From the NCBI RefSeq assembly GCF_004010195.1, contig NC_057752.1, positions 7,631,651-7,695,650 of the forward strand: a stretch of DNA of 64,000 nucleotides. The letters run 5' to 3'. This DNA is from Chiloscyllium plagiosum. Lineage: Eukaryota. The notes beneath the pieces were generated by a model. The model saw only the letters and a program-made list of their open reading frames with translations. It was not told the origin of the DNA and searched no databases. The position numbers were made by a program, and so were the translations under genes. This document shows positions 1 through 13,465 of the stretch, piece by piece; within the stretch, counting starts at the first letter, position 1; each line of letters starts with the position of its first letter.

Positions 1-90
1 TGAAGAAGGGCTTATGCCCGAAACGTCGATTCTCCTGTTCCCTGGATGCTGCCTGACCTGCTGCGCTTTTCCAGCAACACATTTCCAGCT
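1..90 (+). repeat. Penelope-type terminal short repeat with minimal hammerhead-like core (cut by window start)
   Basis: (C)TGAAGA-AGGGC-TTAT-GCCC-GAAACGTC followed by the tail GATTCTCCTG...GATGCTGCCTGACCTGCTG; the same repeat recurs at ~706-830, 16290-16410, 17565-17745, 39528-39665, 51336-51465 and 61140-61336. Confidence 0.7.
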
Positions 91-705
91 CCAGTGTTTG
101 TCTAACAAGGTTTTGCATAGCTGTAGTTTAACATCTTCCACTTTATATTCTAGTCCTCTAGATATAAAGGTCAGCATTCCATTTGCCTTTTAGTGCTTAT
201 TTTCTACTTGTTCACAACATTTTAACAAACTATGCATATGGTTGTGGGCATGACCTTCACCCACCCCACCAGTCTCTTTGGATTTCCATTGTATTTTCCA
301 CCAGCCATGTTGCCACTAGATAGTGCTACAATGGAACACTGCAACAGGAGAAATACCTTTGTTTTGGAATGTTTAATTTTTGTCATCTTTTATTTTTGCA
401 TTGTGGAAAAACATCTGTTGTGACCATCAGTCACACAAGGAAGGTAAAATATGTGCCTATTGCTGAATGGAATATTGACATAGCTTTGCTGGCATTGCTT
501 GTCTGCAATCTGACCAGAAAGAAGCTATCTAGGCTGTTGCTTCTCTGCCCTTTCCTCCTTCTCATCATGCTGTACTCTTGAGGCATTTGCTCAGCCAGTG
601 ATAAGGGCTGTCACCTCATGAAAATGAGGATGTGTGGCATTCAGCAGACCATGACAATTCATGCCACCCATGCTTCTGAGTGCTAAGGGCTCATCCTTAG
701 CAGTG

Positions 706-1075
706 AGGATAAAATGAGGACTGCAGATGCTGGAGATCAGTGTCGAGAGTGTCGTGCTGGAAAAACATCATCCGAGGAGCAGGAGAGTCGTCATTTTGGG
801 CCTAAGCCCTTCATCAGGAATGAGACTTGTGGGCTGGAGGGGAAGATAGCTGAGAATGCAATAGGTAGATGAAGGTGCGGGAGAAGGTGATAGGTCGGAG
901 GGTGGAGCAGATAGATGGGAAAGGTGATGGACAGGTCAGGAAGGCGGTACTGAGTTGGAAGCTTGAGACTGAGACAATGTGGGGGGGGAGGGGAAATGAG
1001 GAAACTGGTGAAATCCACATTGATCCAGTGTGGTTGCAGGATCACAAGGTGGAATACGAGGCGTTCTTCCTCCAG
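706..1075 (-). mobile_element. Penelope-like element 3'/pLTR fragment
   Basis: Reverse complement of the repeat at 1-90 (CCTGATGAAGGGCTTAGGCCCAAAATGAC on minus) preceded on the minus strand by a pyrimidine-rich region; similar sequence at 12863-12935 (+). Confidence 0.55.
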
Positions 1076-2241
1076 GCATTGTTTCAGCACACTTGTCTGC
1101 TCTACCATATTTCATGTGTTCGCATGGCTTTCTTTATACCTATGCTACGCACTTGTGCGGGTTGTGCACTGGAGTCATCCAGTGATAGACCTTGCCACTC
1201 AGTGACCAATTTTGGTTTGCTGAAATGCAATTACCACAGTGGATTGCTGTGGAATGAAAGCATCTTGACTGCTGCCAAAGCACTGAGCATTAACATGCCT
1301 GATCCTCTATATGCGCCAGTTGGATGTTGAAGTGGAATCTTTATCAGTAGAGGGTCAATTCAGAATAAGCCACCCACAAATCAACAAGTGTGTGATCAGT
1401 GGTGATATGGATCAAGATAGGGCTACATCATGGGAAAGCCTGCAACTCCAGCTCAATTTGCCTGCTTCCCTTTGTGAAGAGAGATGTGATGTAGTTAGCT
1501 CTCAATGATTTGTCTGTATCAATCACCTCCCAAAAGCAACAGTGGAGAGTAAACTGCATGGTGTCTCCACCTGCAACCCAACAGGAGTCAGGCACATAAA
1601 AGTTAATTGCTACAGTCACCTACACAACGACTGGCAATACACTGCCCTACCTGAAATTGTAAGGAGAATTGTAGCTAAGGAGAGTGGCGGATTTCAGTGA
1701 GAACAGACTTACGGAACTGTAGGTATCTTGAACATTGTTGCTTGATGAGGTTCAGGTCGGAGAATTGGTCCCTGGGTGAATATGGTCTCCTGCTAAGAGT
1801 CCTTTTTCCCCTTCCTCCTCTCCTTTCAAGTGGCTTTCTGTGCCCTCTGTTAATTCCCCAAGTTATGTTGTGTTGCCAACAGAACGTCTACTAGCATGCC
1901 AATGTCTGGAAACGGCTTCAAAACCAGAAGTTGTTGGAAAAGTTCAGGTCTGGCAGCATCTGTGCAGAGAAATCGGTGTTAATGTTTCAGGTCTGGGGAC
2001 TCTTCCTCAGAACAGCCTGAAACAGCTTGTTTGTACAGAGGCCATGGAGTTGGCAAAATAGCTCGTAGCTTCTATCACAATACTCCATATAGACCTTTGT
2101 AATGTTAAACAACTCTTCTATATAAGCAAAGGGTGCTACTGATCCCAGTTTTGCACTATTTAATTCCCTGGCCTCATTCAAATAAGTTAAACCAAACCTA
2201 GCAGGGGAACATCTACCACAAGAATATGGAGATGAAAGATT

Positions 2242-2887
2242 TGTTATGGACCAGGCTAGACCCCCTCAAAACATTTCAAGAAGATAGCCCAAACCCTAAC
2301 TTTTCTAGTTGTTTTGAGCAGGTGTGTAGTGGATGTTTCAGGAGTGATACAGCTGGTCAAATCATGCAGTTTTAAATAAAACAGAATTTATTTACAGACT
2401 ACCAGATGAAACTCGAACAAAAGTGAACAGAATATGGACTAACTTAACCTATCGGAAAACCCAACCGACTCTGTCACAACTTAATGATGTTTCAATTTCC
2501 TGCAACATCTCAAAAACACATCCCTTGGCAAAAAAAAGGTAAAATCAAAAACCGATTCCTAAAGGAGAGATGTCAGAGAGAGAGAGAGAGCGAAAGGATC
2601 AGCTAGCGACCATTTGCTCAAGCATGGGCCGCCTTTCCATTGCTGCTCTGTCTCTAGCTAAAACTAGAAACGTCCCTGAACTGGAAGAACTGGCCATTCC
2701 CTTTTCATTGTATGAGTGTTTTAAAAAAAATCTAAAGGCCTTTTCCCTGATTGTTGCCTTGGGCAGTATCTATTAGCCATTAGCAAAGACCCCTAATCCC
2801 AGACAAATTGGAATTTCTGCCTTTTACAACCTCTCTTGAAAAAAACCAAGGACTACATAACCTTGTTAAAGGAGCAGCATTGTCACA
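2242..2887. mobile_element. Solo LTR
   Basis: Begins TGTTA and ends TCACA, flanked by a 4-bp direct repeat GATT (2238-2241 and 2888-2891); no coding content. Confidence 0.7.
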
Positions 2888-4554
2888 GATTGCACCAAGT
2901 TAAATAGAATGTATGACACAGAAATAGGTCATACAGCCCACTTGGTCCATGCAGGTGTTCCACACATATCTCCTCCCACCCTACTTTGACCAGCCTCTCG
3001 ATTTCTTTCTCATGTATTTATCTGGCTTCCCCTTAAATGTATCTCTGTAATTCATCTCGATGGGGAGTTTCACCTTGAAACCACTCTCCAGATAAAGAAA
3101 TTTCTCCTGATATCTCATTGACACATATTGCCAGATTGTCGTCTTTGTGGCAAATTTTAGCTTCAGTTGGGGGTTATTCTGTGAAGGATCGCTCTAGTGC
3201 GGGATCACAATTCCGACATGCAAGTCTTAAAATCAAACAATGCAGGACGCAAGAATAAGTAATCTTCTTTGTAATGTTATTGTCCTTCAACTTTACATCT
3301 ACATCTGTAAATCAGATAGGATGAAAATACATCAAGCTTCAGCATCCTGTATAATGAATTTGAAGAACTGCAGCTAGTGTTATACCCACAGAAGGTTTAT
3401 GCATTTAAATGGTTTGTCTAGTTTAGGAATTAGGGAAAAGAGTAGGAATCAATTTTATTTTATAGAAATTGTCTGCGTAGATTGGGTCTGTGGTTATTTG
3501 AAGTTGACTGCATTATTATGAGACCCCTTGTGTATAGAATATTGCCTTTTAAATGCATCAGATAATAGTTTAAAACACTACATTCCTCTTCATTGAAGAA
3601 TTATAACTGTCTTCCTTGGTTATTATAAGAATGCAAAACAAGCAGTAAATTCCCACAGGTGTTGCCTTGAAAGCAAAATAGGGATGGAATTGAACTGTGG
3701 AATAAACAAGGTTAAATTCTGCTGTAGCTTTCTGTCTCCTTGTTATCGACCCTGGTGGTTACGAGGTTGTCGTTTATCAACCCGTGGAGGGATCTGGCTG
3801 TTTGCCACAATGCACAATGTGTGACCTGACTCCCTTTAAATTGGTTTGTGTGGAGCTGAGCCGGCGTCCAATTTAAACACCACCTTTGCAATACAAAGAG
3901 TTTGTCTGACAGCTCAGGGACAGTCCAACTCCCCAGGATACCATAAACTATGCAATTGGAAAAAATCCGTTATTTAATTAAAGGGGTTTGGTTGGGAGGG
4001 GTGGAATCTTTCTGCGTAATAAGTATAGCAATTCAAATTTTCTGTTTCAAATGTTTCTAGAAGGGTTTTTTTTCAATTTGTATTTACCAATTTACAGGGG
4101 TGTGTGGGGGAGAAATAATTTATTTCACTTTTGATCTTCGTGCAATGCAGCAAGAATAACGAGGAAGTGCATTTAGCATTCGTGAATCCTCTCTTTGATA
4201 TGCTATCCTTCACAAGTGTCAATAGTGACCCTATGATACAAGAATAGTGCACTCCACCAATCAATTAAATGAAGGAAAATAAAATATTATTGTGGTGTCA
4301 CTGGTTAGAAAAAAGTACTCTCTGGGGGAACAATGCAACATCATTTTGCAAGGACCATTTTGTTAAGCAGGTCACCTGATTTAAAAGGAACAGTTCTTCC
4401 CATGTTCATGATGCCATGATACACCCCTGTTCTGAAAATGTAGATATGCACATGCTGCCAATGGCAATTATGATGTAGGAGCCATTGTCACATACTAGAT
4501 TACAGGAATGAGCAAATAACTTCCCATAGCACTATAACCACACGGACATTTTTA

Positions 4555-5010
4555 GTTTATTCATGGGATGTGGGCACAAACAAGCATTTGTTGCCCATCC
4601 TTAACTGCCCTTGAACTGAGTGGTTAGCAGGCCATTTCAGACGGCAGTCAAGACTCAACCACATTGCTGTGGAACTGGAGTCACACATGGGCCAGATCGG
4701 GTAAAGCTGGCAGATTTCTATCCCGCTCGGCTTTGACAAAGGGTCAATTAGATTCAAAACGTCAGCTCTTTTCTCTCCTTACAGATGCTGCCAGACTTGC
4801 TGAGATTTTCCAGCATTTTCTCTCTTTTTGGTGACATTCATACACAACTGTATGAGTTTTGAAAACCATTAATGATTGTTTATATTATGTTCCAAAATTA
4901 TTCAATGAATTTAAATGACCACCAGCTGCCATGCTGGCATTTGAAATCATAACTCCAGAGCATTAGCCTGAACCTCTAGATTACTAGTCCAGTGATAATA
5001 TATCACCATC
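4555..5010 (-). mobile_element. Deu-domain SINE (SacSINE1-like), interrupted at ~4730-4830 by a Penelope-type short repeat
   Basis: Reverse-complement similarity to the SINE at 11700-12075 (e.g. ...CCACTCAGTTCAAGGGCAGTTAAGGATGGGCAACAAATGC...CACATCCCATGAATAAA on minus). Confidence 0.6.
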
Positions 5011-5299
5011 TCTCCTTTCAGACCCAAATAACCTGAAATGTTTGACTTGACTAATATTAGATTTTGGGACAAGACAATTAACTGTATTGACTAATTTGAA
5101 TTTAGGCTGAGATAAATACAGATTTGAAACAACAAAAATCTTGGATTCAAGTCCACAATAACTTTTAATTTCACCTATGATTACACAACATTTCTGAATT
5201 GGTTAAGTTCAGATTTCAAATATGCAATTTGCATTTTGTTTCACTATTAGGTGGAGCAAGTTTGAATGGGAGATTCCCACAGATACCCTTAGACGATAT

Positions 5300-7900
5300 A
5301 ATCACATAGAGTCGTAGAGATGTACAGCATGGAAACAGACCCTTCGGTCCAACCCGTCCATGCCGACCAGATATCCCAACCCAATCTAGTCCCATTTGCC
5401 AGCACTTGGCCCATATCCCTCTAAACTCTTCCTATTCATATACCCATCCAGATGCCTCTTAAATGTTGTAATTGTACCAGCCTCCACCACTTCCTTTGGC
5501 AGCTCATTCCAGACACGTACCACCCTCTCTGTAAAGAAGTTACCCCTTAGGTCTCTTTCATTTCTCTCCCCTCTCACCCTAAACCTACGCCCTCTAGCTC
5601 TGGACTCCCCGACCCCAGGGAAAAGACTGTCTATTTATCTTATCCATGCCGTTCATGATTTTATAAACCTCTATAAGGTCACCCCCCCTGCCTGCGATGC
5701 TCCATAAGAAACAGCCCCGGCCTGTTCAGCCTCTCCCTATAGCTCAAATCTTCCAACCCTGGCATCATCCTTGTAAATCTTTTTGAAATCCTTTCAAGAT
5801 TCACAACATCCTTCTGATAGGAAGGAGACCAGAATTGCACGCTATATTTCAAAAGTGGCCCAACCAATGTCCTGTACAGCTGCAACATGACCTCTCAACT
5901 CCTGTACTCAATATTCTGACCAATAAAGGAAAGCCTACCAAACGCCTCCTTCACTATCCTTTCTACCTGCGACTCTACTTTCAAGGAGCTATGAACTCGC
6001 ATTCCAAGGTCTCTTTGTTCAGCAACACTCCCTAGGACCTTACCATTAAGTGTATAAGTCCTGCTAAGATTTACTTTTCCAAAATGCATCACCTTGCATT
6101 TATCTAAATTAAATTCCATCTACCACTCCTCAGCCCATTGGCCCATCTGATCAAGATCCTGTTGTAATCTGAGGTAACCTCCTTCACTGTCCACTCCACC
6201 TCCAATTTAGATGTCTTCTGCAAACTTACGAACTGTACCTCCCTATGTTCACATCCAAATCATTTACATAAATGACAAAGTAGTGGACCCAGCACCGATC
6301 CTTGTAGCACATCACTGCTCACAGGCCTACAATCTGATAAACAACCCTCCACCACCACCCCCTTTGAGCCAGTTCTGTATCCAAATTGCTAGTTCTCCTT
6401 GTAATCCATGAGATCTAACCTGACTAACCAGTCTCCCATGAGGAACCTTGTTGAGCGCCTTACAGAAGTCCATATAGATCACGCCCACTGCTCTGCCCTC
6501 ATCAATCCTCTTTGTTACTACTTCAAAAAATTCAATCAAGTTTGTGAGACATGATTTCCCACGCACAAAGCCATGTTGATCATCCCTAATCAGTCCTTGC
6601 CTTTCCAAATACGTGTACATCCTGTCCCTCCGGATTCCCTTCAACAACTTGCCCACCATCAATGTCAGGCTTAACGGTCTATAGTTCCCTGGCTTGTCCT
6701 TACCACTCTTCTTAAACAGTGGCACCACGTTTGCCAACCTCCAGTCTTCCAGCACCTTATCTGTGACTATTGATGATGCAAATATCTCAGCAAGAGGCCC
6801 AGCAATCACTTCTCTAACTTCCCACAGAGTTCTAGGGTACACCTTTGTGTTTCAAGACATCCAGCTCTGCTTCCTCTGTAACATGAACATTTTTCAAGAT
6901 GTCACCATCTATTTCCCCACATTCTATATCTTCCATATCCTTTTCCACAGTAAACACTGATGCAAAATATTCGTTTAGTATCTCCCCCACCTCCTGCGGC
7001 TCCACACAAAGGCCGCCTTGCTGATCTTTGAGGGGCCCTATTCTCTCCCTCGTTACCCTTTTGTCCTTAATGTATTTGTAAAAACCCTTTGGATTCTCCT
7101 TAACACTATTTACCAAAGATACCTTATGTCCATTTTTGTCCTCCTGATTTCCCTCTTAAGTATACTTGTACTGCCTTTATACTCTTCTTGGGAATCACTC
7201 AATCCCTACTGTCTAGACCTGACATATTCTTCCTTCTTTTTCTTAACCAAAACTTCAAGTCCAACAGGTTTAATTGGAAGCACTAGCCACCTGATGAAGG
7301 AGCAGCACTCCGATTAAACCTGTTGGACTATAACCTGGTGTTTTGTGATTTTTAACTTTCCATCACTATTTTAAAACAAATAGAATTATGGTCGCTGGCC
7401 CCAAAGCGCTCCCCCACTGACACCTCAGTCACCTGCCCTGCCTTATTTCCCAAGAGTCGGTCAAGTTTTGCACCTTCTCTAGTAGGTACACCTACATACT
7501 GAATCTTTTCTTGTACACACTGAACAAATTCCTCTCTATCTAAACCCTTAACACCTATGGCAGTCCCAGTCTATTTTTGGAAAGTTAAAACCCCTGAGCA
7601 TAACCACCCTATTATTCATACAGATAACTGAAATCTCCTTACAAATTTGTTTCTCAATTTCACACTGACGATTAGGGACTCTGTAATACAATCCCAATAA
7701 GGTGATCATCCCTGTCTTCTTTCTCCATTCCACCCAACTCACTTCCCTTGATGTATCCCTAGGAATACCCTCCCTAAGTACAGCTGTAATACTATACCTT
7801 ATCAAAAACACTACCCCACCTCCTCTCTTGCCTCTCTTTCTATCCTTCCTGTAGCATTTGTATCCTGGAACATTAAGCTGCCAGTCCTGTCTGTTCCTGA
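5300..7900 (-). mobile_element. CR1 LINE, degenerate ORF2 (APE remnant + RT) and 3' tail
   Basis: Minus-strand ORFs with CR1 motifs: [70 protein letters not shown]; frameshifts and internal deletions. Confidence 0.92.
7255..7360. repeat. Short Penelope-type repeat inserted in CR1
   Basis: CCACCTGATGAAGGAGCAGCACTCCG...AAACCTGTTGGACTATAACCTGGTG with a short inverted segment; related sequence at 32545-32695. Confidence 0.45.
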
Positions 7901-7989
7901 ACTTACTGTGATCAGTAACTCTGTATATAATATGGAAGCTTTGACAGTACACAAAGGTTGTAATATAATGAAAGACCAATTCCCACCAT

Positions 7990-8325
7990 TCTGAAGGGTG
8001 CCAGAACAAAGGAGATCTGGACATGGGAGACAGAGAGAAACTGATCTCGTAGACCGGCGAGTCCAGAATCAAAGGTGATTGGAAAAAGAAGCAATGGTGA
8101 CATGAGGAAAACATTTTATGCAATGAATGGTTGCATCTGGAATGCACTGCCTGAGTGTTGAGGCTGGCTCTTTTGAAGCTTTCAAAAGAGAATTGGAATC
8201 TGATGAAAGCATTTGCATGGCTATGGAAAAGAAAGGTAGGGAAGTGGGACTAAGGGAGTTGCTCTTGTGGAGAGCTAGAACAGACAGCCGAATGGCCTCC
8301 TTCTGCACTGTAACTATTCTGATTT
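7990..8325 (+). mobile_element. Old CR1 3' fragment
   Basis: Degenerate FF..RMV..WNALP-like coding and the CR1-type tail GCCGAATGGCCTCCTTCTGCACTGTAA. Confidence 0.65.
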
Positions 8326-8364
8326 CTGAACTAGTGCTTTCTCATCTAATCACATTTCTCCATA

Positions 8365-9505
8365 TAATTTTTTTATTCACCAGTGGCATGTGGGTATCAC
8401 TGGCTAGGCCAGCATTTATTGCCTGTTTCTAATTGCCCCTTGAGAAGGAGGTGGTGAGCTGCCTTCTTGAATAGCTGCAGTCCACAATGCCCTTAGGGGG
8501 GAATTCAAGGACTTTGACCCAGCGACACTGAAGGAATGGCAATATATTTCCAAGTCAGGATGGTGAGTGGCTTGGAGGGGAACTTGAAGGCAGTGGCTTT
8601 CCTTTGTAACTGCTGCCCTTGTTCTTCTAGATTGAAGTGGTTATGGTGTTTGGAAGGTGCTGTCTAAGGATCATTGGTGAATGTCTGCAATGTATCTTGT
8701 GGATAGTACACACCGCTGCTACTGAACATTGGTGATGGACGGAGTGGATGTTTGTGTAGATGGTGGATAGGCTTTGAGGAGTCAGGAGATCATAGTATCA
8801 TAGGGATTCTATCATTCTATTATTCTATGTTGTGAGTTATTGAGTTATTTGCCACAGTATTCCTTGCCTCTGACCTGCTTTCAAAGCCACTGTGTTCAAG
8901 TGGCGAGTGGTCAATGGTAGTCCCTAAGATGTTGATAGTGGGGATTCAGTGATGACAACACCATTGAATCTCAAGTGGTGATGATTAGACCATTGGAGAT
9001 GGTCATTGTCACTTGTCAGCCCAAGCCTGAGTGTTGTCCAGATCTTGTTGCATTTGAACATGGACTGGCCTCAGTATCTGAGGAGTCATGAATGATGCTG
9101 AACATTGTGCAATTATCAGCAAGGATTGCCATTTCTGACCTTATAATGGAGGGAAGGTCATTGATGAAGCAGCTGAAGATGGTTGGGCCTTGACCACTAC
9201 CCTGAGGAACTCCTACAGAGAGATCCTGGAACTGAGATGACTGACTTCCAACAATCACAAGTATCTTCCTATGTTCAAGGTTCGTGTAAATATTTGTAGC
9301 TGGATTGCCAGTTGTGATTGTGAGTGTGTTCGCCGAGCTGGGGAGTTGATTTGCACTGAAGATGTCACCTAGACAGGGGACTAAACATCTGCAAATCAAC
9401 TTCAACACAACCACAACATCTTCCTATGTACCAGGTATGACTCCAACCAGCAGGGAGTTTTTGCCCGATATCCATTGATTCCAGTTTTGCTCAGCTTCCT
9501 GACGC
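8365..9505 (-). mobile_element. CR1-group LINE RT/3' fragment (tail shared with the Deu-SINEs)
   Basis: ORF 9016..9414: GVPQGSGQGPTIFSCFINDLPS...ADNCT; homologous to 47585-48460 (+) and 50480-51035 (-). Confidence 0.85.
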
Positions 9506-11699
9506 TACAAGGCTTCATTCGACTGGGTTATCTCAAGATATCCTTTTATGGACTTATCCAATGCCCTTTTAAATTACGTTACAGGCTCTGCCTCAGTGCC
9601 CTCTTGTGGTAAAGCAATCCATATTTCAATGACCTTCCTAGGTGATGAAGAAATCTTTTAACTTTCCTTTGTTTTTCCCATGATAATCCCCAGTTTATTT
9701 CCCACCTTGCTACCAATTCATCTATCAAGAGAAATAATCTTTTAGTATTCTTTGAAGCGATTATTCATTTTGAAATCTTTTATTAGATCTTTCTTAACTG
9801 TCTCTTGTTTTAATAACAAAAGCTCCAACATTTTGAACTATTTAATGTATGACATATGCAATAGGTAAATGAATCTTTTCTGAGACCAAGAATGCAAAGT
9901 TTAACATGATAGCAGTAATTTATTTTTCTGAGGCTTGAGGTAAGGTATATTGACACAGAGTGGAGTAAAGCCCTGCACCTACATATGTCCTACCTAAATG
10001 AAAATGTTGAGATTTGGGGCACTTATAATGTTCCACCCCATCAGATTTCATTAGAAATATTAAGTTATTCATTTTGTGAAACCTACGAACAATCAAAACT
10101 AATTTGATTATGTTTCTGAAGTATAATCCATTTTGATCTTGACATTTTGATGTGAGCCTAATTTATTATGTTAATAGCTCATATAGATAAAATGTGTGCA
10201 GAAACATTAGTGGGGTCATGCAGGCCTGAGCATTTGATGACATTTCATTCAGAATTAACATACTCAAAACAACCTCATGCAGTTGCTTTGCAGCTGACAC
10301 TGTGAGGTGTGTATCTTTACTTGTCTAATTTTGTTCTGTATTGCTTAATCTATTTCATCCGAACACAAACATCGCCTTATGAGCCGACAGTTGCCACTTC
10401 AGAGTTGATTCCTTTTTCTCTTTCCCTCCCCCATCCCAACCACCATAATCTCCAGAGATTCCTTTACTATCAGGTGAGCATTCGATCGTCTTAGCTGGAA
10501 GCTAGTTTGAAATCCTGACCACAGTCGTGTTCTATTCAAGGGCAATTTTCTCCCAATTTATTTAGACAAGTCATCGTTTACTGATAAACATGCCCAGGCA
10601 AGGAAAAAATGCTAGCTCGCCTGCTCCTTACCATCTATATTAATTTGCACAATTTTCTTTACAAATCACTTCTGCTGCCAGTGACACAGGCAATTTGTCT
10701 TTTATCTACAACATGATATGATAATTGGTGGGAAGATATTATGCAGGAATGAATGCTAGGTTCTGGGACCTCTGTGGAATTCTGGTTCTATCCTTCATAT
10801 TGCATAGCAAGTTCATAGTATAGTCAATTCTGGCTTGGTACAAAATGTTATTTACTTATTAGGAACAGTCACGTTGAAATATTGGATTGTAACACTTATT
10901 TTGTAACTTGTTAAGTGAAAAACACAGAAGTCAAAAATACTGACAAGAAAACTCTGTTGATAATGTAGAAAGTTTGAGAAGCTAATAAAAATAAAAGGAC
11001 AAGGAACATTATGCACATGTGAAAATATGGCAATCAACAAAACTGTTGATGTAAAATTGACTCTCATGGATTTTCTCACAATTTAGACCAAAAAGAATAA
11101 TGGCAGGTCTCAGCCAGAATCATAAAGAAATATATTGGCTATTTGCCATGATTAGAATATTGGCATTGTTGCAAATATTCACACCAACGGTGAGAGCAAA
11201 GAACTGCATGTGTGAAGTTTAAAAGGAAAGAATACAGGTAGAGGGAGAAAGTGCTGAAAGCCATGGAATGTCTCAGAATGTATTGCAACTGATTTGTGAG
11301 TTTTGCTTGGACTTTAGGGGAGTCAGCCAGTACAATTGGGGCAAAGTTTGCTGGCAGTGGTGGAATTGGCAAATAGAAGTAAGCCGAAGGAAAACACAGT
11401 GCAAGTACAACTCTGCATTTGAGTAACAAAGGAGTCTGGCCCTGAAGCCTCTGAACCTGAAGCTGATGGCTTCTGAAGTGGAGGTTGTGCTCTATGAAAT
11501 GGTTATGAATGCCACTGCTGACCAATATTGTCACTGGGTGTGGCAGTCCTACGCTGGCATTGTAGTTGTTTGCAGATAATTCAAGATTAGCTGGATCCCT
11601 AACAGTGACGAAGAAAGCTTTAGATTGCAGGCAGATATCAATGGACTGGTCAGGTAGGCAGAAAAGCAGCAAATGGATTTTAATCCAATGTATTTCAGA

Positions 11700-12075
11700 G
11701 ACAGATGGTAGCCTAGTGATAATTTTTACTGTTCTAGTAATCCAACAGTGCAGGCTCACATTCTGTGGATATGGGTTCAAATCTTGCAATGGCAGCAGCT
11801 GGAAAACTGAGCTCAGTAGTAAACCTGGAGTATAAAACTAGTCTCAGTTGTGGTGAGTATAACAGCTTTTTTTTTGTTATTTTAAAAATGATCTGGTTTA
11901 CAAGTGCCATTCCTGGAAGGAAATCTGCTGCCCTTACCCAGTCTGGCCTATATGTGACACAGATCAACAGTAATGTGATTGGCTTTTAACCTACCTCTGA
12001 AACAGTGTAGAAAGCCACTCAGTTCAAGGGATAGGCAACAAACATTGGCCTTGTCAGAGAGACCTACATCCCATA
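11700..12075 (+). mobile_element. tRNA-derived Deu-domain SINE (SacSINE1-like)
   Basis: A/B-box-like head (TGGTAGCCTAGTG...GGGTTCAAATC), central GGAAGGAAATCTGCTGCCCTTACCCAGTCTGGCCTATATGTGAC, LINE-like tail; flanked by CR1 RT fragments. Confidence 0.65.
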
Positions 12076-13089
12076 AGGGGTAATAAAAATCACAGAAAAT
12101 TTAGGTAACATTTTCTCTAAGCTACTCTGAGGATCTACACATGCCATCAATGTGCTGACATATTGACTTCTGGTTTTGGAAGTCGCTGCCAGCATAGAAC
12201 AGGGAGGTCTGCACAGAATAAAAAAAGTTAGAGGGAATGCAAGTGTTAGGCAATGCATTTCGGCATGGCAAATGGAATACAGAATAAATGACAGCATACT
12301 GAGAAATATCGCAGAACAGAGGAACCTTGGAATACACATCTTTGCAGATCCCAGAAAATAACAGAATAGCTAGTTATAAAAAGACATTGGGCAGGGTTTT
12401 AAAATAATTGAACAAAATAATCTTGATTAAGACTGAAGTTTTTCTACTGGCTATTTATAAATTGAATCACTCCAGCGAGGCAGGCTGACCCGATTGGATT
12501 GTTGGCAGCAAACAGCACAGTGAGCCCTAAGTTCTCTTTTACTTTGAAAAACACCTCTAGTGACGGGTTTGAGTGGATCTGGGAAGTTTGTGTCCTGACT
12601 CAGTACTCCTGAGTGTAGGAAAATCAAGAAAGTTGCAGGGCTGTGCAGGTGAGTGGAGGCTTCACTGTGTTTCTGCTCCCGTCTTCCTGTTGCTCCTTAC
12701 CTCAGGATACCCCAGAAACTAGACCAAAAGTGGGGAAGGGAAGACAGACTGATGAGCGAGTGAATGAGTGGGAGTGAAGGGAGATTTGGCAAGAGGAGCT
12801 GTGTGTGTGGTCGGGAGAGAGGAGCTGGTTACAATGGGTCCATTCACCTATTGTACTCTTTGCTACCTTCTCCCCAGCCTCGCCCAACCCCATCCCCCAC
12901 CCCCACCCCCACCCCCATTTATCTCTCCACCCTGGNNNNNNNNNNNNNNNNNNNNNNNNNNNNNNNNNNNNNNNNNNNNNNNNNNNNNNNNNNNNNNNNN
13001 NNNNNNNNNNNNNNNNNNNNNNNNNNNNNNNNNNNNNNNNNNNNNNNNNNNNNNNNNNNNNNNNNNNNNNNNNNNNNNNNNNNAGGGCA

Positions 13090-13465
13090 AAAAAATATTT
13101 GGATAGGTTGGTGTTGTTTTCTTTGGAACACATAGTGAGGGGACATTTTAGTGAGGTGTATAAAATTAGGAGGGGCCAAGATCGAGTGAATAGGAAATAT
13201 TTATTTCTGTTAGCAGAGAGGCTAATAACCAGGAGACAGGTAGGAGAGTTGAGTAGAAATCCTTTCTTCCAGATGCTGATGCCTGAATGGATTTTAGAGG
13301 CAGAAACTCTCATTACATTTAAATAAAATATTTGCAGTACTGTAACCCTCAGGGTTACTGATTCAGAGCTACACCGTGGGATTAGACTGACTAGCTCTTG
13401 TGTGAATTGTATGGATACAATGAGCTGAATGACATCCTCCTGTGTCAAAGGTTTTCTGTTTCTGA
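13090..13465 (+). mobile_element. Old CR1 3' fragment
   Basis: LDRLVLFSLEHIVRGHFSEVYKI..G.DRVN peptide plus CR1-like tail. Confidence 0.75.

Noticed and set aside
11139..11789. 216-aa ORF (also 31289-31861, 190 aa)
   Set aside because: No recognisable domain, composition typical of chance ORFs; the first overlaps CR1/SINE sequence in antisense.
12702..13448. Long ORFs spanning N runs (also 40107-40989 and 59467-60237)
   Set aside because: Artefacts of assembly gaps translated as X.
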